DNA of 64,000 nt, from NCBI GenBank assembly GCA_000002445.1, contig CM000208.1, positions 3,552,001 to 3,616,000 on the forward strand, in the 5' to 3' direction. A program made the translations under genes and the position numbers. This DNA is from Trypanosoma brucei (lineage: Eukaryota). Below, piece by piece: positions 9,647 through 20,240 of this stretch. Every line of letters starts with the position of its first letter. Position 1 is the first letter of the stretch. The notes beneath the pieces are model-generated. The model was given only the letters and a program-made list of their open reading frames with translations, ran no database searches and was not told the DNA's origin.

Positions 9647-12109
9647 ATGTCTGTGGAACAACCCGAGCAGCAAATAAGTGGACTTCTGGAGCAGCTGTAC
9701 CACAGTTCCAACGTGTCCGCAGAGCGTGAAACCATTATGAACCTGTCGAACGTCGTCAGGCAAGGAGGCGCAGAGTTTCTGCTTGACGTCGTCAAAACCA
9801 ATTTGAAGAGTGGAGTGCCCGAAAAGCAGGAGGCAAGTATGACCATTCTGGACGAGGTGACTCTCAACTGTGGTCCGTCGTTTGCTGTCATGCTTTCCTC
9901 ACAAAAGTGGATGGATCGCCTTATCAAGTTGGCTAAGGCAGGGCCGCCACAAGTAACTACCAAGATAATTTCTACTGTCATTGGGTGGCAAAAGCGGTAC
10001 CACACTGTTTCCTTTGCCCAGTGCATCAAGAAGCTGTCTCAGAGCAAAACTACGGGTGAGGCGTGCAAGCAGGCACTGCGTCAGGCAGGGGATGATGGTA
10101 CCGGGTCCTCACTGGGTTACGACGCGAGTTCTCCTGCTTCTCTGCGTTCGACAGGAGTAACCGACAGCCGGAAAAGTAAGAAGTGCGATGCCGTGTTGGC
10201 CGAGCTTCAGAGTGACCTTGTTTCTCTGGAGTACTCCCTTGAGAACCCCAAGTTTGTCCAGGATGATGCCATTGCAAGGGAGTGCAAGAATCACAAGATG
10301 AAGTGCATGCAAATGTTGGAATCAGGAAGCTATGAAAGCATTGCATCTGATCTTATGCAGTTGATTGAGCGCTTTTCCCGCGCTCTCGAGCTCTACGAAT
10401 GCATGACAGGCGTTGATTTGGGTGAGGGTGAAGCGGCAAGGTCGCGGGCTCTGACGAGGGGTAAGGATAATGGCGGTGACAGTGATGACGAGTACTCGAA
10501 ACAACTCCGTGCTCGCGTTGCGCCTAAAAATGCCCAACAAGTTATGCTTCAGGCTCAGGAAGCTACACAGCAGCTCGTGGAGAAGGAGCGTCATGAAACG
10601 ATGCAGCTGCGTACTCAGCTTGAGGAAATGCGCCGTAAGTACGAAGACATGCATAACAAGTACAAGGATGCTAAGGCAAGAAATAAAGAAGCGGTGGGTG
10701 CCTTGCAGGAGTATGCTAAACGCATAGAGGTGCTCGAGAAAAGCGGGGGCGGCGCCGCAGCCGCCGCTGCCGCACTGCCACCACCACCGCCTATTTCTGA
10801 AGAGAAAGACAAAGGAAAAGATAAATCGGGACCTGCCCTTAATGTGGGGCCAATAGCAACGGCCATGAGGGACACTGTGCAGGTTTTACGGCAGTCGCTG
10901 CGTGAGGTGCGGGAGCAGTACGTAAGCGATATCCAAAAGGAAAGCGCATATTACTCCTCTCAGCTCACTAGTGCTATTGCTTCGATTGCCGCTGCTGCCG
11001 AAAAGGATCGCGGTTCTAACAGCCAACTGTTGGTTCGCACCCAGGAGTTGTATAAGAGGGAAATGAAGCTGCGTAAGCAGTACTACAACCAGATTCAGGA
11101 GTTGAAAGGCAACATTCGTGTGTATTGCCGTGTTCGTCCCCTGCTACCAAGGGAAGTTGCTGCTGGCCATACGAATATTATGGACTTCCCCTCTGCCGAC
11201 GAGATCAGGGTCAACGATCCCGCTGGCCGGCAGAAGGTTTACGAGTTTGATGAAGTGTACCCGCCGCATGCACCCCAGGCCCGTGTCTTTGAAGACACGT
11301 CGCCTCTCATTGACAGCGTTGTGGATGGCTACAATGTTTGCATCTTTGCCTACGGCCAAACGGGAAGTGGCAAGACCCATACAATGGGTGGGTACGGGGA
11401 AGACAGAGGTATCAACACCCGTGCCTTGCAGCGACTGTTTGAGATCATTGACGAACGTAAGGACACTGATGAATCTACCGTTACCGTCTCTGTGCTTGAA
11501 ATCTATTGCGAGATGATCCGAGACCTACTGGTTCCGAAGGAGAAGTCCAAGTCCACGACTTATGAGGTGAAGCAGGGTGGCCAGTTCGGTACCTATGTGA
11601 CAAACCTTTCCGAAGTTCCCGTTCAGTGCGCTGACGAAATTACAAAGATTATGGAGAACGCAAACAAAAACCGCAGTGAGGGCCAGACGAATATGAATGA
11701 ACACTCTTCCCGATCCCATATGGTTTTGTATATCACTGTCCGAACAACGAACAAGGAAACCAATATGCAGTGCTTTGGTAAGCTCTCGCTTATTGACTTG
11801 GCGGGAAGTGAGCGTCTCGACAAGACAGGTGCAGAGGGACAGATGTTGAAGGAGGCTGTGGCTATCAACAAGTCGCTATCGTCGCTGGGAGATGTCATCT
11901 CCGGGCTGGCGCAGAACAGCAAGCACATCCCATTCCGTAACTCCGTGCTGACGTACTTGCTGCAAGACTCCATGGGTGGACAGGCCAAAGTTTTGATGTT
12001 TGTCTGCGTCAACCCTGCAAGTTACAACGCCAGTGAAAGTAACAGTTCGCTTCAATTTGCCTCTCGCGCTCGTGGCGTATCTCTTGGCCAGATCAAGAAG
12101 AATCCATAA
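9647..12109 (+). CDS. Kinesin-14 (C-terminal motor) with an N-terminal VHS/ENTH-like domain and a central coiled coil.
   Basis: Motor at nt ~11110-12109: neck GNIRVYCRVRP, P-loop IFAYGQTGSGKTHTM, switch I SSRSH, switch II LIDLAGSE. Residues 1-140 (MTILDEVTLNCGPSFAVMLSSQKWMDRLIKLAK...KIISTVIGWQKRY) resemble the VHS-domain core (e.g. GGA1 VLEACMKNCGRRFHNEVGKFRFLNELIKVV...KVIELLYSW). The ORF-track start at 9632 is TTG. The ATG at 9647 follows an AG at 9641-9642. Confidence 0.85.
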   Translation: MSVEQPEQQISGLLEQLYHSSNVSAERETIMNLSNVVRQGGAEFLLDVVKTNLKSGVPEKQEASMTILDEVTLNCGPSFAVMLSSQKWMDRLIKLAKAGPPQVTTKIISTVIGWQKRYHTVSFAQCIKKLSQSKTTGEACKQALRQAGDDGTGSSLGYDASSPASLRSTGVTDSRKSKKCDAVLAELQSDLVSLEYSLENPKFVQDDAIARECKNHKMKCMQMLESGSYESIASDLMQLIERFSRALELYECMTGVDLGEGEAARSRALTRGKDNGGDSDDEYSKQLRARVAPKNAQQVMLQAQEATQQLVEKERHETMQLRTQLEEMRRKYEDMHNKYKDAKARNKEAVGALQEYAKRIEVLEKSGGGAAAAAAALPPPPPISEEKDKGKDKSGPALNVGPIATAMRDTVQVLRQSLREVREQYVSDIQKESAYYSSQLTSAIASIAAAAEKDRGSNSQLLVRTQELYKREMKLRKQYYNQIQELKGNIRVYCRVRPLLPREVAAGHTNIMDFPSADEIRVNDPAGRQKVYEFDEVYPPHAPQARVFEDTSPLIDSVVDGYNVCIFAYGQTGSGKTHTMGGYGEDRGINTRALQRLFEIIDERKDTDESTVTVSVLEIYCEMIRDLLVPKEKSKSTTYEVKQGGQFGTYVTNLSEVPVQCADEITKIMENANKNRSEGQTNMNEHSSRSHMVLYITVRTTNKETNMQCFGKLSLIDLAGSERLDKTGAEGQMLKEAVAINKSLSSLGDVISGLAQNSKHIPFRNSVLTYLLQDSMGGQAKVLMFVCVNPASYNASESNSSLQFASRARGVSLGQIKKNP

Positions 12110-13018
12110 GGTAGGCTGACATTCCAGCCTGCAAATTACTTTTAATGTTTTATGCTTGAACTTCGTTTCCTTCTTCTCTTTTCTTTTCTGTGTTCTCCTT
12201 TTTGCTGTTGTTTTTCTCTTAATATTTGCTTACGTCGCTATCATATCTGGTGCCACAAAAAACAAGGTGGAGGAGTATCTCTCTTGGATTGTGACCACGA
12301 AGATGTCAGCGTCGCCACCTTGTCCATTGTTTTTCCCCTTTGAAATCAAGAAAAAAAAGGCCAGACAACAGGGAGAAGTGAGAAAAGGGGAGACGGACAA
12401 TGCATATGTGCTTACATTAAGGCTGTGTCCCCCTCCTCCCCCTCCTCTCTTTTAATATAGGTAATATAATGATAATATATATGTGTTATGTATGTATATA
12501 TATATATATATATTCCTCTTCATATTCGTGGATGCTACAAAAGGCATATTTTTACAATCCAAATTCGCGTCTCACTCCCCCTTTTGTACTTCAAAACACG
12601 AGTGAAAAAACAAAAAAGGGAAGGGTGCTGGCTGGAGGAGCGAAAGTGGAAAAGGAAAGGGAAAAACTTCTTTGGTTCGTCGATTACAATACTTTTGTTA
12701 ACATATCCTTGCTGTTGAGGGTGGGTTAACAGCTAAAAAAGTAGGGAAGTGAGATAACCTTCACTTTCCTTTTTGGGTTTGCTTTCCTGACCTTCTTTTT
12801 TTTTTTTCTGTTATTTACTCTGCGTGCTTGTTTGTTTTTAAAAAATTTTCTCAGTCCCCTTCTGTCCCTCCTCGTTCACCGTTTCCCACAAGGCGATGCC
12901 CAACCGCAGTATCGCCCTATGCATTTGCATCTAAATGACTTCATGTGCTACCCCCCATCCTCACGTCGCATCCGGTTTCATCTTTTCTTAAGCACCGGAG
13001 AAGAAATATTTCCCCCCC

Positions 13019-13062
13019 TATATATATATATATATATGCATATATGTATATGTGTGTGTGTT
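13019..13062. repeat. Compound microsatellite (TA)n(TG)n.
   Basis: tatatatatatatatatatgcatatatgtatatgtgtgtgtgtt read directly. Confidence 0.9.
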
Positions 13063-14076
13063 GCAGATAGTGAAGGCAGAGGGGGAAAAAGAAAAGAACC
13101 CACGCATGGCCATGTGGACTCGCCAGTGCATGGGGTTTAAGCTGGAAACAGTAGATGAATCTGAGAAACAATGATGGAAGCAAGAGGGGAAAGGGGTGTG
13201 AATGTGGAACAACTAAAACAATATGGAGGGGAATGTTCGATGAATATGAATAGGGTGAGGAAATAAATAAATTGAAAAAAAGCATTTGAGAGGAAAGGTA
13301 ACGAGAGGGAAGGATGTAATGGAAGAAAAACAGGGATGGGGAAACGGGACCGTGAAGTGACGGCAGAAGGATTAAGAGGTCCTTAGTAACGTCTCCATGT
13401 GCGTTGAGGCCTAAATTAAAGGATTAATGGGGGAGGTGTGAAGAGTGAAGAAAAAATAATATGAAAAATTGATATTTTTGTCATTTTCACTGATGAAAAA
13501 AAAAAATATCATGTAAAGAGGGAGGGTAGTAAATGCTTTGTTTTTTTTGCTCTTTTTGTTCTGCTGTATTTGGTATTGTTTCTACTGGTTACTGCTATTG
13601 ACTCCTTTTTTCGTCTCTGCGTTGCCTGAAATTGTGTATGCCATCTTTTTATTCAAATGTGATTCAGCGCCTATTTATACTTTTCCTTTCTTCCCCCTTT
13701 ACCTTTACCTATCATTGTCACTGTGTTTAGGGTATACTGCACGCTACTTGGCCACTTTTTTTAGCTTACCGACGCGTGTGCTCTTTTTTTTTTTTGCTTT
13801 CATATCTGGTGTTCAAGGTTATTTTTGTTGTTTTCCCCCTTTAGAGACGGTGACGTCAGCAACCGCACAATATTAAGGAATACAATTTCTGTGCTGGGAG
13901 GGGGAGTGATCCAAATTCTTATCCTGTGTTAATTATTAGGAGGTAACGTTCACCCAGGGGGGAGGGAGAGCGATTTAAAAGGGTTCTCGCCACCTACCTT
14001 TGAGCTAGCAGGCACGAAGGTAGCACTCAAGCACTGCAATCTCTCCGTCGCAGGCGGCCCGGACCTAATACACGAT

Positions 14077-15798
14077 ATGGAGTACCCAGCGGAGTTCCAC
14101 ACACCGTCCACAGTGTATCAAGAGGGATGTACGACGTCTCCAAGTCCCACACCGATGTTCCCCAAGGTTTCAAATTTGGTGACAGGCATTTGGGAGCGGC
14201 CTTCCGAATCTCACGATGCTGGCTGTCTTAAGGATTACGCTGTGCGTGAAATGCGGGATGCTACGCAATCTAACGCCCAACCGACGTCAGTGCCATCCCC
14301 TCGGTGCACATCCAATGTAAATGACGGTTTCAGGATCCCCCCTTACGACACGTTTCTGCCTACGTGTGATAAAGAGAGGTCCCAAATTTCTGCGCCCACA
14401 GTGGATGGGGTTTCCATCAATGCCCTCTCCAGCCTCTTCAGCAGTGAACCCATATTGGCCGAGAATACGGTACCAAGCGGTGACTGGGATGTCTTCTTCC
14501 CTTTGAGGGAGTGTTGGAACAGTTCTTCCCGCCCGCCGACACCGACCATACCACTCGGTGTTTGTGCTAACATTACTGATACTCCTCCAAAGCTGCATTT
14601 GTCGAACGCGATTGGGGAAGTTTGTCCGCAGAGCGCAGATATGCAAAGGCCCTTCTTTTCGCTAGAGGAGGATACAGAGAGTGAGGAAGTTTGCGCACTC
14701 CCGGTGAACTTTGGTACAACCTACTGTTCTGAGGGGAACATTGTCGAAGCCCTCATTGCGCAGCTCGCAGCGAATGGCGACAGCGTGGTGCCAACTTCGA
14801 TCAACAAAGTTTATGCACCCCAAGGCCAGAGGACATCATCTGCTATGTCTTCGTTTCAAGAGGGAACGGTACGCAACGCAAAACGGGGCGCAGCCGTCTC
14901 TGACCCTCTCGCAGCGCACCTTCTCGACAACACAACCGACATTTATGAGGGAGTCGCTGGTCGTCACGTCGCTGCCACGGCAGTGTGTGAGGGTCAACAG
15001 CGTCACGTGCCTCCATTCGCCATATGTTGTTCGCCCATTGACCTACCAGGTGTGGGCAATGGGCGTGCGATGAATGAACGGCACCGCGGGTTTATTCAGC
15101 ATCGCCAGCGCGGTGCCGACACTGCTTCGCGATCTGGAAAGGGAGGATTGGCTCCAGGCAGTTGGCATCTTGGCCGGAGACCTCTCTACTCTTTGCCGTT
15201 TCCTTTGGTGGATCACAGCATGCTGAGTGACTTATACCGTGATACCCCTCAAGATCAAGAGTTGAGGCGTATTATCAACTCTAACGGCCCCGGTGGACCG
15301 CTTATGTCGTCTGAGTGGCCGCCGCGTACGAAGAGTTGTGTGGTAAAAATGTTGAGGCAGTTGCACGCGAAGGTGTTGCTGCAGCATCTGCGGGTTGTGA
15401 GTTTTGCCCGAAGGGATCTCTACGGAGTGGTGCGCCTGTTTGACTCGTGGAACGGTAAAGGCATTCCGCCCCCTGGCGTCATGTTCGGATCATACTACTT
15501 CTATACCATGTCAAAATTTGGCAGAGAGATGTGCCTGAAGCATAACGGTCGCGAGCGGGCGGGTGGGTTTTGCCGAGGGTGTGACTATGCCCAGCGGGGT
15601 CCCAACTTTAGATGCCGCTACCAGCACGCTTGCCTCTTTTGCTTGTCCGATGATCATGGGTGGTTTGACGAAACATGCTGCCAGCGATATGTCGCCTTGC
15701 AGCAAAAGATGGTGGAGCTGAGGATAACTGATGCCGTGGCCCAAGCGCTCCTTGACGCGCTGGAAACTGAAGATGAACCCATTCGCCGCAAGGGGTGA
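14077..15798 (+). CDS. Hypothetical protein (573 aa) with a C-terminal Cys/His cluster that may bind zinc.
   Basis: ATG-initiated ORF on the coding strand, downstream of a 320-nt pyrimidine-rich block (13540-13860). C-terminus MCLKHNGRERAGGFCRGCDYAQRGPNFRCRYQHACLFCLSDDHGWFDETCC has about 8 Cys/His ligands with B-box/RING-like spacing. Confidence 0.5.
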   Translation: MEYPAEFHTPSTVYQEGCTTSPSPTPMFPKVSNLVTGIWERPSESHDAGCLKDYAVREMRDATQSNAQPTSVPSPRCTSNVNDGFRIPPYDTFLPTCDKERSQISAPTVDGVSINALSSLFSSEPILAENTVPSGDWDVFFPLRECWNSSSRPPTPTIPLGVCANITDTPPKLHLSNAIGEVCPQSADMQRPFFSLEEDTESEEVCALPVNFGTTYCSEGNIVEALIAQLAANGDSVVPTSINKVYAPQGQRTSSAMSSFQEGTVRNAKRGAAVSDPLAAHLLDNTTDIYEGVAGRHVAATAVCEGQQRHVPPFAICCSPIDLPGVGNGRAMNERHRGFIQHRQRGADTASRSGKGGLAPGSWHLGRRPLYSLPFPLVDHSMLSDLYRDTPQDQELRRIINSNGPGGPLMSSEWPPRTKSCVVKMLRQLHAKVLLQHLRVVSFARRDLYGVVRLFDSWNGKGIPPPGVMFGSYYFYTMSKFGREMCLKHNGRERAGGFCRGCDYAQRGPNFRCRYQHACLFCLSDDHGWFDETCCQRYVALQQKMVELRITDAVAQALLDALETEDEPIRRKG

Positions 15799-16393
15799 TA
15801 GGTCTTGTTGCTTTTCTCCCTTCCTCACCTCCATCGTGGTGGATCCCACTTCCAATGGGGGGGGGGCAAGGTTGAGAGGTCGATCGATAAAAATGAATCA
15901 AACAAATAAAGCGGTATGTACATACTTATTAGATTCTTATACATAAAGACAGCCGTCACCTACCGGTGTACGTGAGTGACAGTTTGCTTTTACCTTGGCT
16001 TTCACTGCGTTCCTATATGTAATCACACTGTGGGTGCCCTGAGTTTCAAAAAGATATATATGAAAGACGATTTGTTGCGCCTCATCCCCCTCTGCTTTAG
16101 CTTTTGTTATTATCATTATTTTTTTTGTTGAAGTTGTTGAGATGGCGGTCGATACCGGCACCAGACTCATTGCATCCCCTTCAAACCTCCTGATGTCATG
16201 AATTAAAACGGAGAATGAAAGAAGAATGGTGTGTTTCCCTTTTTTTTTTCACTGCATTTTTGCTTTTTTTTTGGTTATTTTCTTTTCCCGACGTCCTCCC
16301 CAGTGACGCGACACTATTCCGGCTCGCGGGGAGAAGTGTTTGAGAACAGTCATGGCTTCTTTTCCCCCTTCCCCCTTTCCTCCCTTTATCACC

Positions 16394-16415
16394 ATATATA
16401 TATATATATATATAT
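16394..16415. repeat. (TA)11 microsatellite.
   Basis: atatatatatatatatatatat read directly. Confidence 0.9.
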
Positions 16416-17346
16416 GCTTTAAGTATTGTGTGCATACGGATGCACGCAAAGTTATACACGCACGCGCCTTTTTTTTTTTCCACCTGATCGCGTTCAGTAG
16501 GCCGTGGGGATATCTTCAGAGGTGTGCTTATTATCGTTTTTATTATGATTATTTATTTAATTTGTTAAATAGTGTTAATACGGAGTTGTGGTGGGCGTCT
16601 CCGCCTTGCCTGCCGATTTTAATTATGTTTTCCGTTATTTTTACGTTTGTTATTTTGTCGCTGTTGTTGCTTACGGTTTCCCGTATTTAAAGTTTCCCCT
16701 TCTCTCTTTTTTCTTGTGCGTTGCCGTTCCAGCCCCCTTTTCTTTCAGCGTGGGTATTTTCCCACTATCCAAAGGTCCTTTTCCTTTTTTGGTTTCCTTT
16801 TTTTCTACTTATGTGTGCAACCTCTCTTTTCTATTTCTCCACGCAGCCATTTGGGTCCAGTGTCCCGTAACGTCCCGCTGTGTGGCGCGGCAATTTTATT
16901 TTTACTGGGATGAATTTAACAGTTTTCCACCACATTTTTTTCCTCTTCTTTTTATTTTGCTTTCCCAGATTGCTTGCTGTTTATTGTTATTGTTATTATT
17001 TTCTGTTACCTGGTTCCCCTTGTTTTGTACTCGCCAAATTAGCCTTTTCATTCAATAATAATAATAATAAAGTACCTGCTGACTTTTTTTGTGGGCCTGT
17101 TTTTAATCTCTTTTTTTTAAACTTCATGTGGTACTGGAGAGAGGAATGCAAAAAAAAAAAAGAAAGAGAGAAGGAAATGAAAAGCTGAGGAAGGAAACAA
17201 AACAAAGAATAGAGAGTTTCACTGATTGACAAGTGTCTTGCCATCGCATTTTCACACATTCTTCAGGCTTGAGGAGAGCAGCGCTCATGGCTTCGGGTGT
17301 GTGGAGTGGCGTTACACCTTAACCCAACGAAAAAGACTATACGTGC

Positions 17347-17440
17347 ATGTATACATATATACATATACATATATACAAATGGTATTTTTTTTAAAAATAA
17401 ATAAATATACATATATATATATATATATATATACATATAT
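17347..17440. repeat. Imperfect (TA)n/(TACA)n microsatellite cluster.
   Basis: atgtatacatatatacatatacatatatac ... atacatatatatatatatatatatatacatatat. Confidence 0.85.
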
Positions 17441-18569
17441 TAATTGAAAGCACTAAACGTAATAAAATGAAACAGTGCAAATAAATCATGTGAGACGACA
17501 AGGGAATGTTTTGCACATGTAATTATTTATCTTCTTATATAACCCAAATATATCCATATATATGTGCTTAAAAATATTTTTTTTATACAAGAGGTAGAAT
17601 CGGTTTGCAGTAAATACGGCTGAGTGGTGGTGCGCAGCGCGAAAGCATACGACAATTACCTCCCTTTCTCCCATTTTTTTTAATGATGAGATTATGTGTG
17701 AGGTGTATAAGCAACTGAGAAACGAATGAATAAGCGAATGGAAACCGGAGAAGCAGGTATACAGACTGATAAGATGAGGAAGAAACAGAGTGTAGTAGGA
17801 ACGAGAACCTGACAAAGAAGGTGAATGAAACTGAGGGCGGGTGAAGTTAGATTTCAATAGGAATTCATGGGGGAATAGCATGATACATCACCTCATGCGT
17901 GTATGCCCGTAGGCGCTACAGAAGATTATATGGGGGAGGGGGAGGGGTATTTAATCGCACTCACGCTAAGATGTGAGCTTTGTTACGTGAAGTTGCAGTC
18001 AAGCGGCCTCACACGCCGTGCGTTGCTAAATGAGCGCTACCGCGGTCAGTGTCATTCTGAGACACATTTATCCTTGCAATCTCATTTTTGTGTTTTTCCC
18101 TAAAGCGCATTATTGATTTTATTTTGATTTCGGGTTTTATTTCGGGTCTATTTCCATCAGAGCATAAAAAGTGTTGCGATTTATACGGGGTTGCTAGGGA
18201 AAGGGGCTCACACCCTCTGTGCGGTGTTGTTTGGTGCTTCTGGTGATGTGTTTGCCACAGAGACTGTCATAATTCTTCTTTGGATTTTCCCATTCTTTCC
18301 CTATTCTGTTCCTTCTCTTTTGTTTTGTTTTGGTGCTGCTGACCTTGCTGAACCTCCTGTTTCTGCCTTGGTGAGCCTCTCGAGCGAAGCAAGCACGCAC
18401 TCCCGTAGCGCACTAACAGGGTGATAACTTTACCCGTGACAGGTAAAACATTGCCTGTGCAAAGGTGAAAAGAGGATAGTGTGTTGCTTTCTTGTTCTGT
18501 GTGTGTGTGTGGAGTGACTAGCGGCAATTGTCGTAGTGGGAAGAGGAGGGTAAACGAAAGCAAGGGTAA

Positions 18570-18650
18570 AAGGTAATCTTCTTGTTTATTGCCTAATTAT
18601 TCCAGTTGCTGTTTCGCACTCTTTCTGTTGCGCCGCGCGGCTCCTACACA
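18570..18650 (+). promoter_or_regulatory. Polypyrimidine tract plus AG: candidate trans-splice acceptor region for the EHD-like gene.
   Basis: cttcttgtttattgcctaattattccAG followed by ttgctgtttcgcactctttctgttgcgcc, upstream of the ATG at 18687. Confidence 0.45.
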
Positions 18651-18686
18651 GAGGCAGTGAACAGACGATATTCCACAAGCGAACCA

Positions 18687-20240
18687 ATGAGTTCGGGTAA
18701 TAGGGACCTTTCAGTGGACAATCCGTTGCAATGGAGAGATCTTAATAACACAGAGGAATTTATGCGAAAATTGCATGAGATTTACATGAAAAGTGTGAAG
18801 CCTCTTGAGGACATATACCTGTATGAGGTACTTTCCCCTCGGTGGTTTGAAGAGACTCTTTCCAGTTATAAACCTATAGTTACCTTCTTGGGACCGTGGT
18901 CAGCCGGGAAGAGTACATTTATTAATTACCTCTTGCAGGACAATTACCTTTTTACGGGACCTCAGCCAACCACTTCAGAGTTCACCGTCATCACTTATGG
19001 CGATGATGTGACCACGTTGGACGGTCACGTCGTTGCCAGCACAAAGGACCTCCCTTTTAGGGCTTTAGCCAACTTCGGAGAGGGATTTATGGGCAACTTC
19101 TGTGGGTTGCAGGTCCCGCATGAGCTCTTAAAGCGTGTTGTACTCGTTGACACTCCAGGTGTGTTGGAAAATTCCACCGACGATAGGGAGCGGCGCTACA
19201 ATTATACTGAAGTGTGCCGATGGTTCGTGGAACGTAGTGACATGGTTTTCCTGCTGTTTGACCCCGCTAAGCTCGACGCTGGTACCGAGTTGCGTAATCT
19301 GTTCAGGTACACTTTCAAGGGAATGGAGGGGAAACTTCGCATTGTTCTAAATAAGGCCGACAGTGTCGCGAAAAAGGAACTGATGCGTGTGTACGGCAGC
19401 CTTTTTTGGAATCTGTCTACGTTGATTCGCTGCACAGAACCACCGCGGGTGTACATTGGCAGTTTTTGGGATCAGCCGTACAAACCGGGTACGTTTGCGC
19501 TGCTCTTCACGAAGGAAAAGGAGGATCTGCTTTATGAGCTGACGGAGTTGGTTCCCCGGCAGGCACGGGACAGAAAAGTCGCTGCTCTTATAAGCCATGC
19601 AAAGAAAGTCGTTTGCCACGCGTACATTGTAGGTGGAATCCGGGCAGATCTCCCGATGTTTTTCGGTAAAGAAAAGGCTAAACGCAAAGCATTGGAGAAT
19701 TTGCCGAAAACATATCAGTTGGTTGCATCCAGAAATCGACTCAGCCCGAAGGATCTTCCTCCTGCGCAGCTGTACCATGAATACTTCGAGAAGGTGCACC
19801 TTGAAAAACTCCCAGATATAAAAAAGGTTGAGAAAACGGGGATGATAACGACCGCTCAACATTACATTTGCAATATTTTGCCCAGTATGTTCTACCCTAT
19901 GAAGCAAGTCCCCGTTCCAGACCCACGGAATAAGACGGAACAAGGGAAGTTGCGGGAAATGTACTACGGGGGTCTGCGTGACCAATATGATGGAAAGGAA
20001 GGTAAACAGGGAAGCAGTGATACAGTGCCAATCGCCTTTCGGGAGACCGCGCTTGGTCCAAATCCAGAACTACGTGGTGGATGCGGCCAGCTTACTGTGC
20101 CGGGGGCAACGGCAAACACCACTCCCGCTATGAATAACGTCCAAATGAATGAACAGCAACAACAAATGCTCATGCAGATGATGATGATGATGCAGCAACA
20201 GCAGCAGCAAGGGAACAACCAGTTCTATGCTCCACGGTAG
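18687..20240 (+). CDS. EHD-family dynamin-like ATPase (EHD/sarcalumenin G-domain) lacking the C-terminal EH domain. Ends in a Q/M-rich tail.
   Basis: VTFLGPWSAGKSTFINYLL...GPQPTTSEFTVI...VVLVDTPGVLE...RIVLNKADSV...LMRVYGSLFWNLS...RVYIGSFWDQPY aligns collinearly with EHD1 LFLGQYSTGKTTFIRYLL...GPEPTTDSFIAV...ISIIDTPGILS...RVVLNKADQI...LMRVYGALMWSLG...RVYIGSFWSHPL. C-terminus MNEQQQQMLMQMMMMMQQQQQQGNNQ. The ORF-track start at 18606 is TTG. The first ATG is 18687, after polyY/AG (18570-18650). Confidence 0.8.
   Translation: MSSGNRDLSVDNPLQWRDLNNTEEFMRKLHEIYMKSVKPLEDIYLYEVLSPRWFEETLSSYKPIVTFLGPWSAGKSTFINYLLQDNYLFTGPQPTTSEFTVITYGDDVTTLDGHVVASTKDLPFRALANFGEGFMGNFCGLQVPHELLKRVVLVDTPGVLENSTDDRERRYNYTEVCRWFVERSDMVFLLFDPAKLDAGTELRNLFRYTFKGMEGKLRIVLNKADSVAKKELMRVYGSLFWNLSTLIRCTEPPRVYIGSFWDQPYKPGTFALLFTKEKEDLLYELTELVPRQARDRKVAALISHAKKVVCHAYIVGGIRADLPMFFGKEKAKRKALENLPKTYQLVASRNRLSPKDLPPAQLYHEYFEKVHLEKLPDIKKVEKTGMITTAQHYICNILPSMFYPMKQVPVPDPRNKTEQGKLREMYYGGLRDQYDGKEGKQGSSDTVPIAFRETALGPNPELRGGCGQLTVPGATANTTPAMNNVQMNEQQQQMLMQMMMMMQQQQQQGNNQFYAPR

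Noticed and set aside
16140-16230. ctgatgtcatgaattaaaacggagaatgaaag, considered as a C/D-box snoRNA (C-box-like TGATGT)
   Set aside because: The C box is imperfect (TGATGT, not RTGATGA), and no convincing D box (CTGA) with a terminal stem lies at the right distance. I cannot support it by eye.
19347-19985. Antisense ORFs of 170-212 aa inside confident genes (19347..19985, 6644..7186, 7407..7925, 43117..43749, 44832..45401, 21534..22061)
   Set aside because: Each overlaps a sense-strand gene with strong homology support. GC-rich coding sequence commonly leaves open antisense frames.
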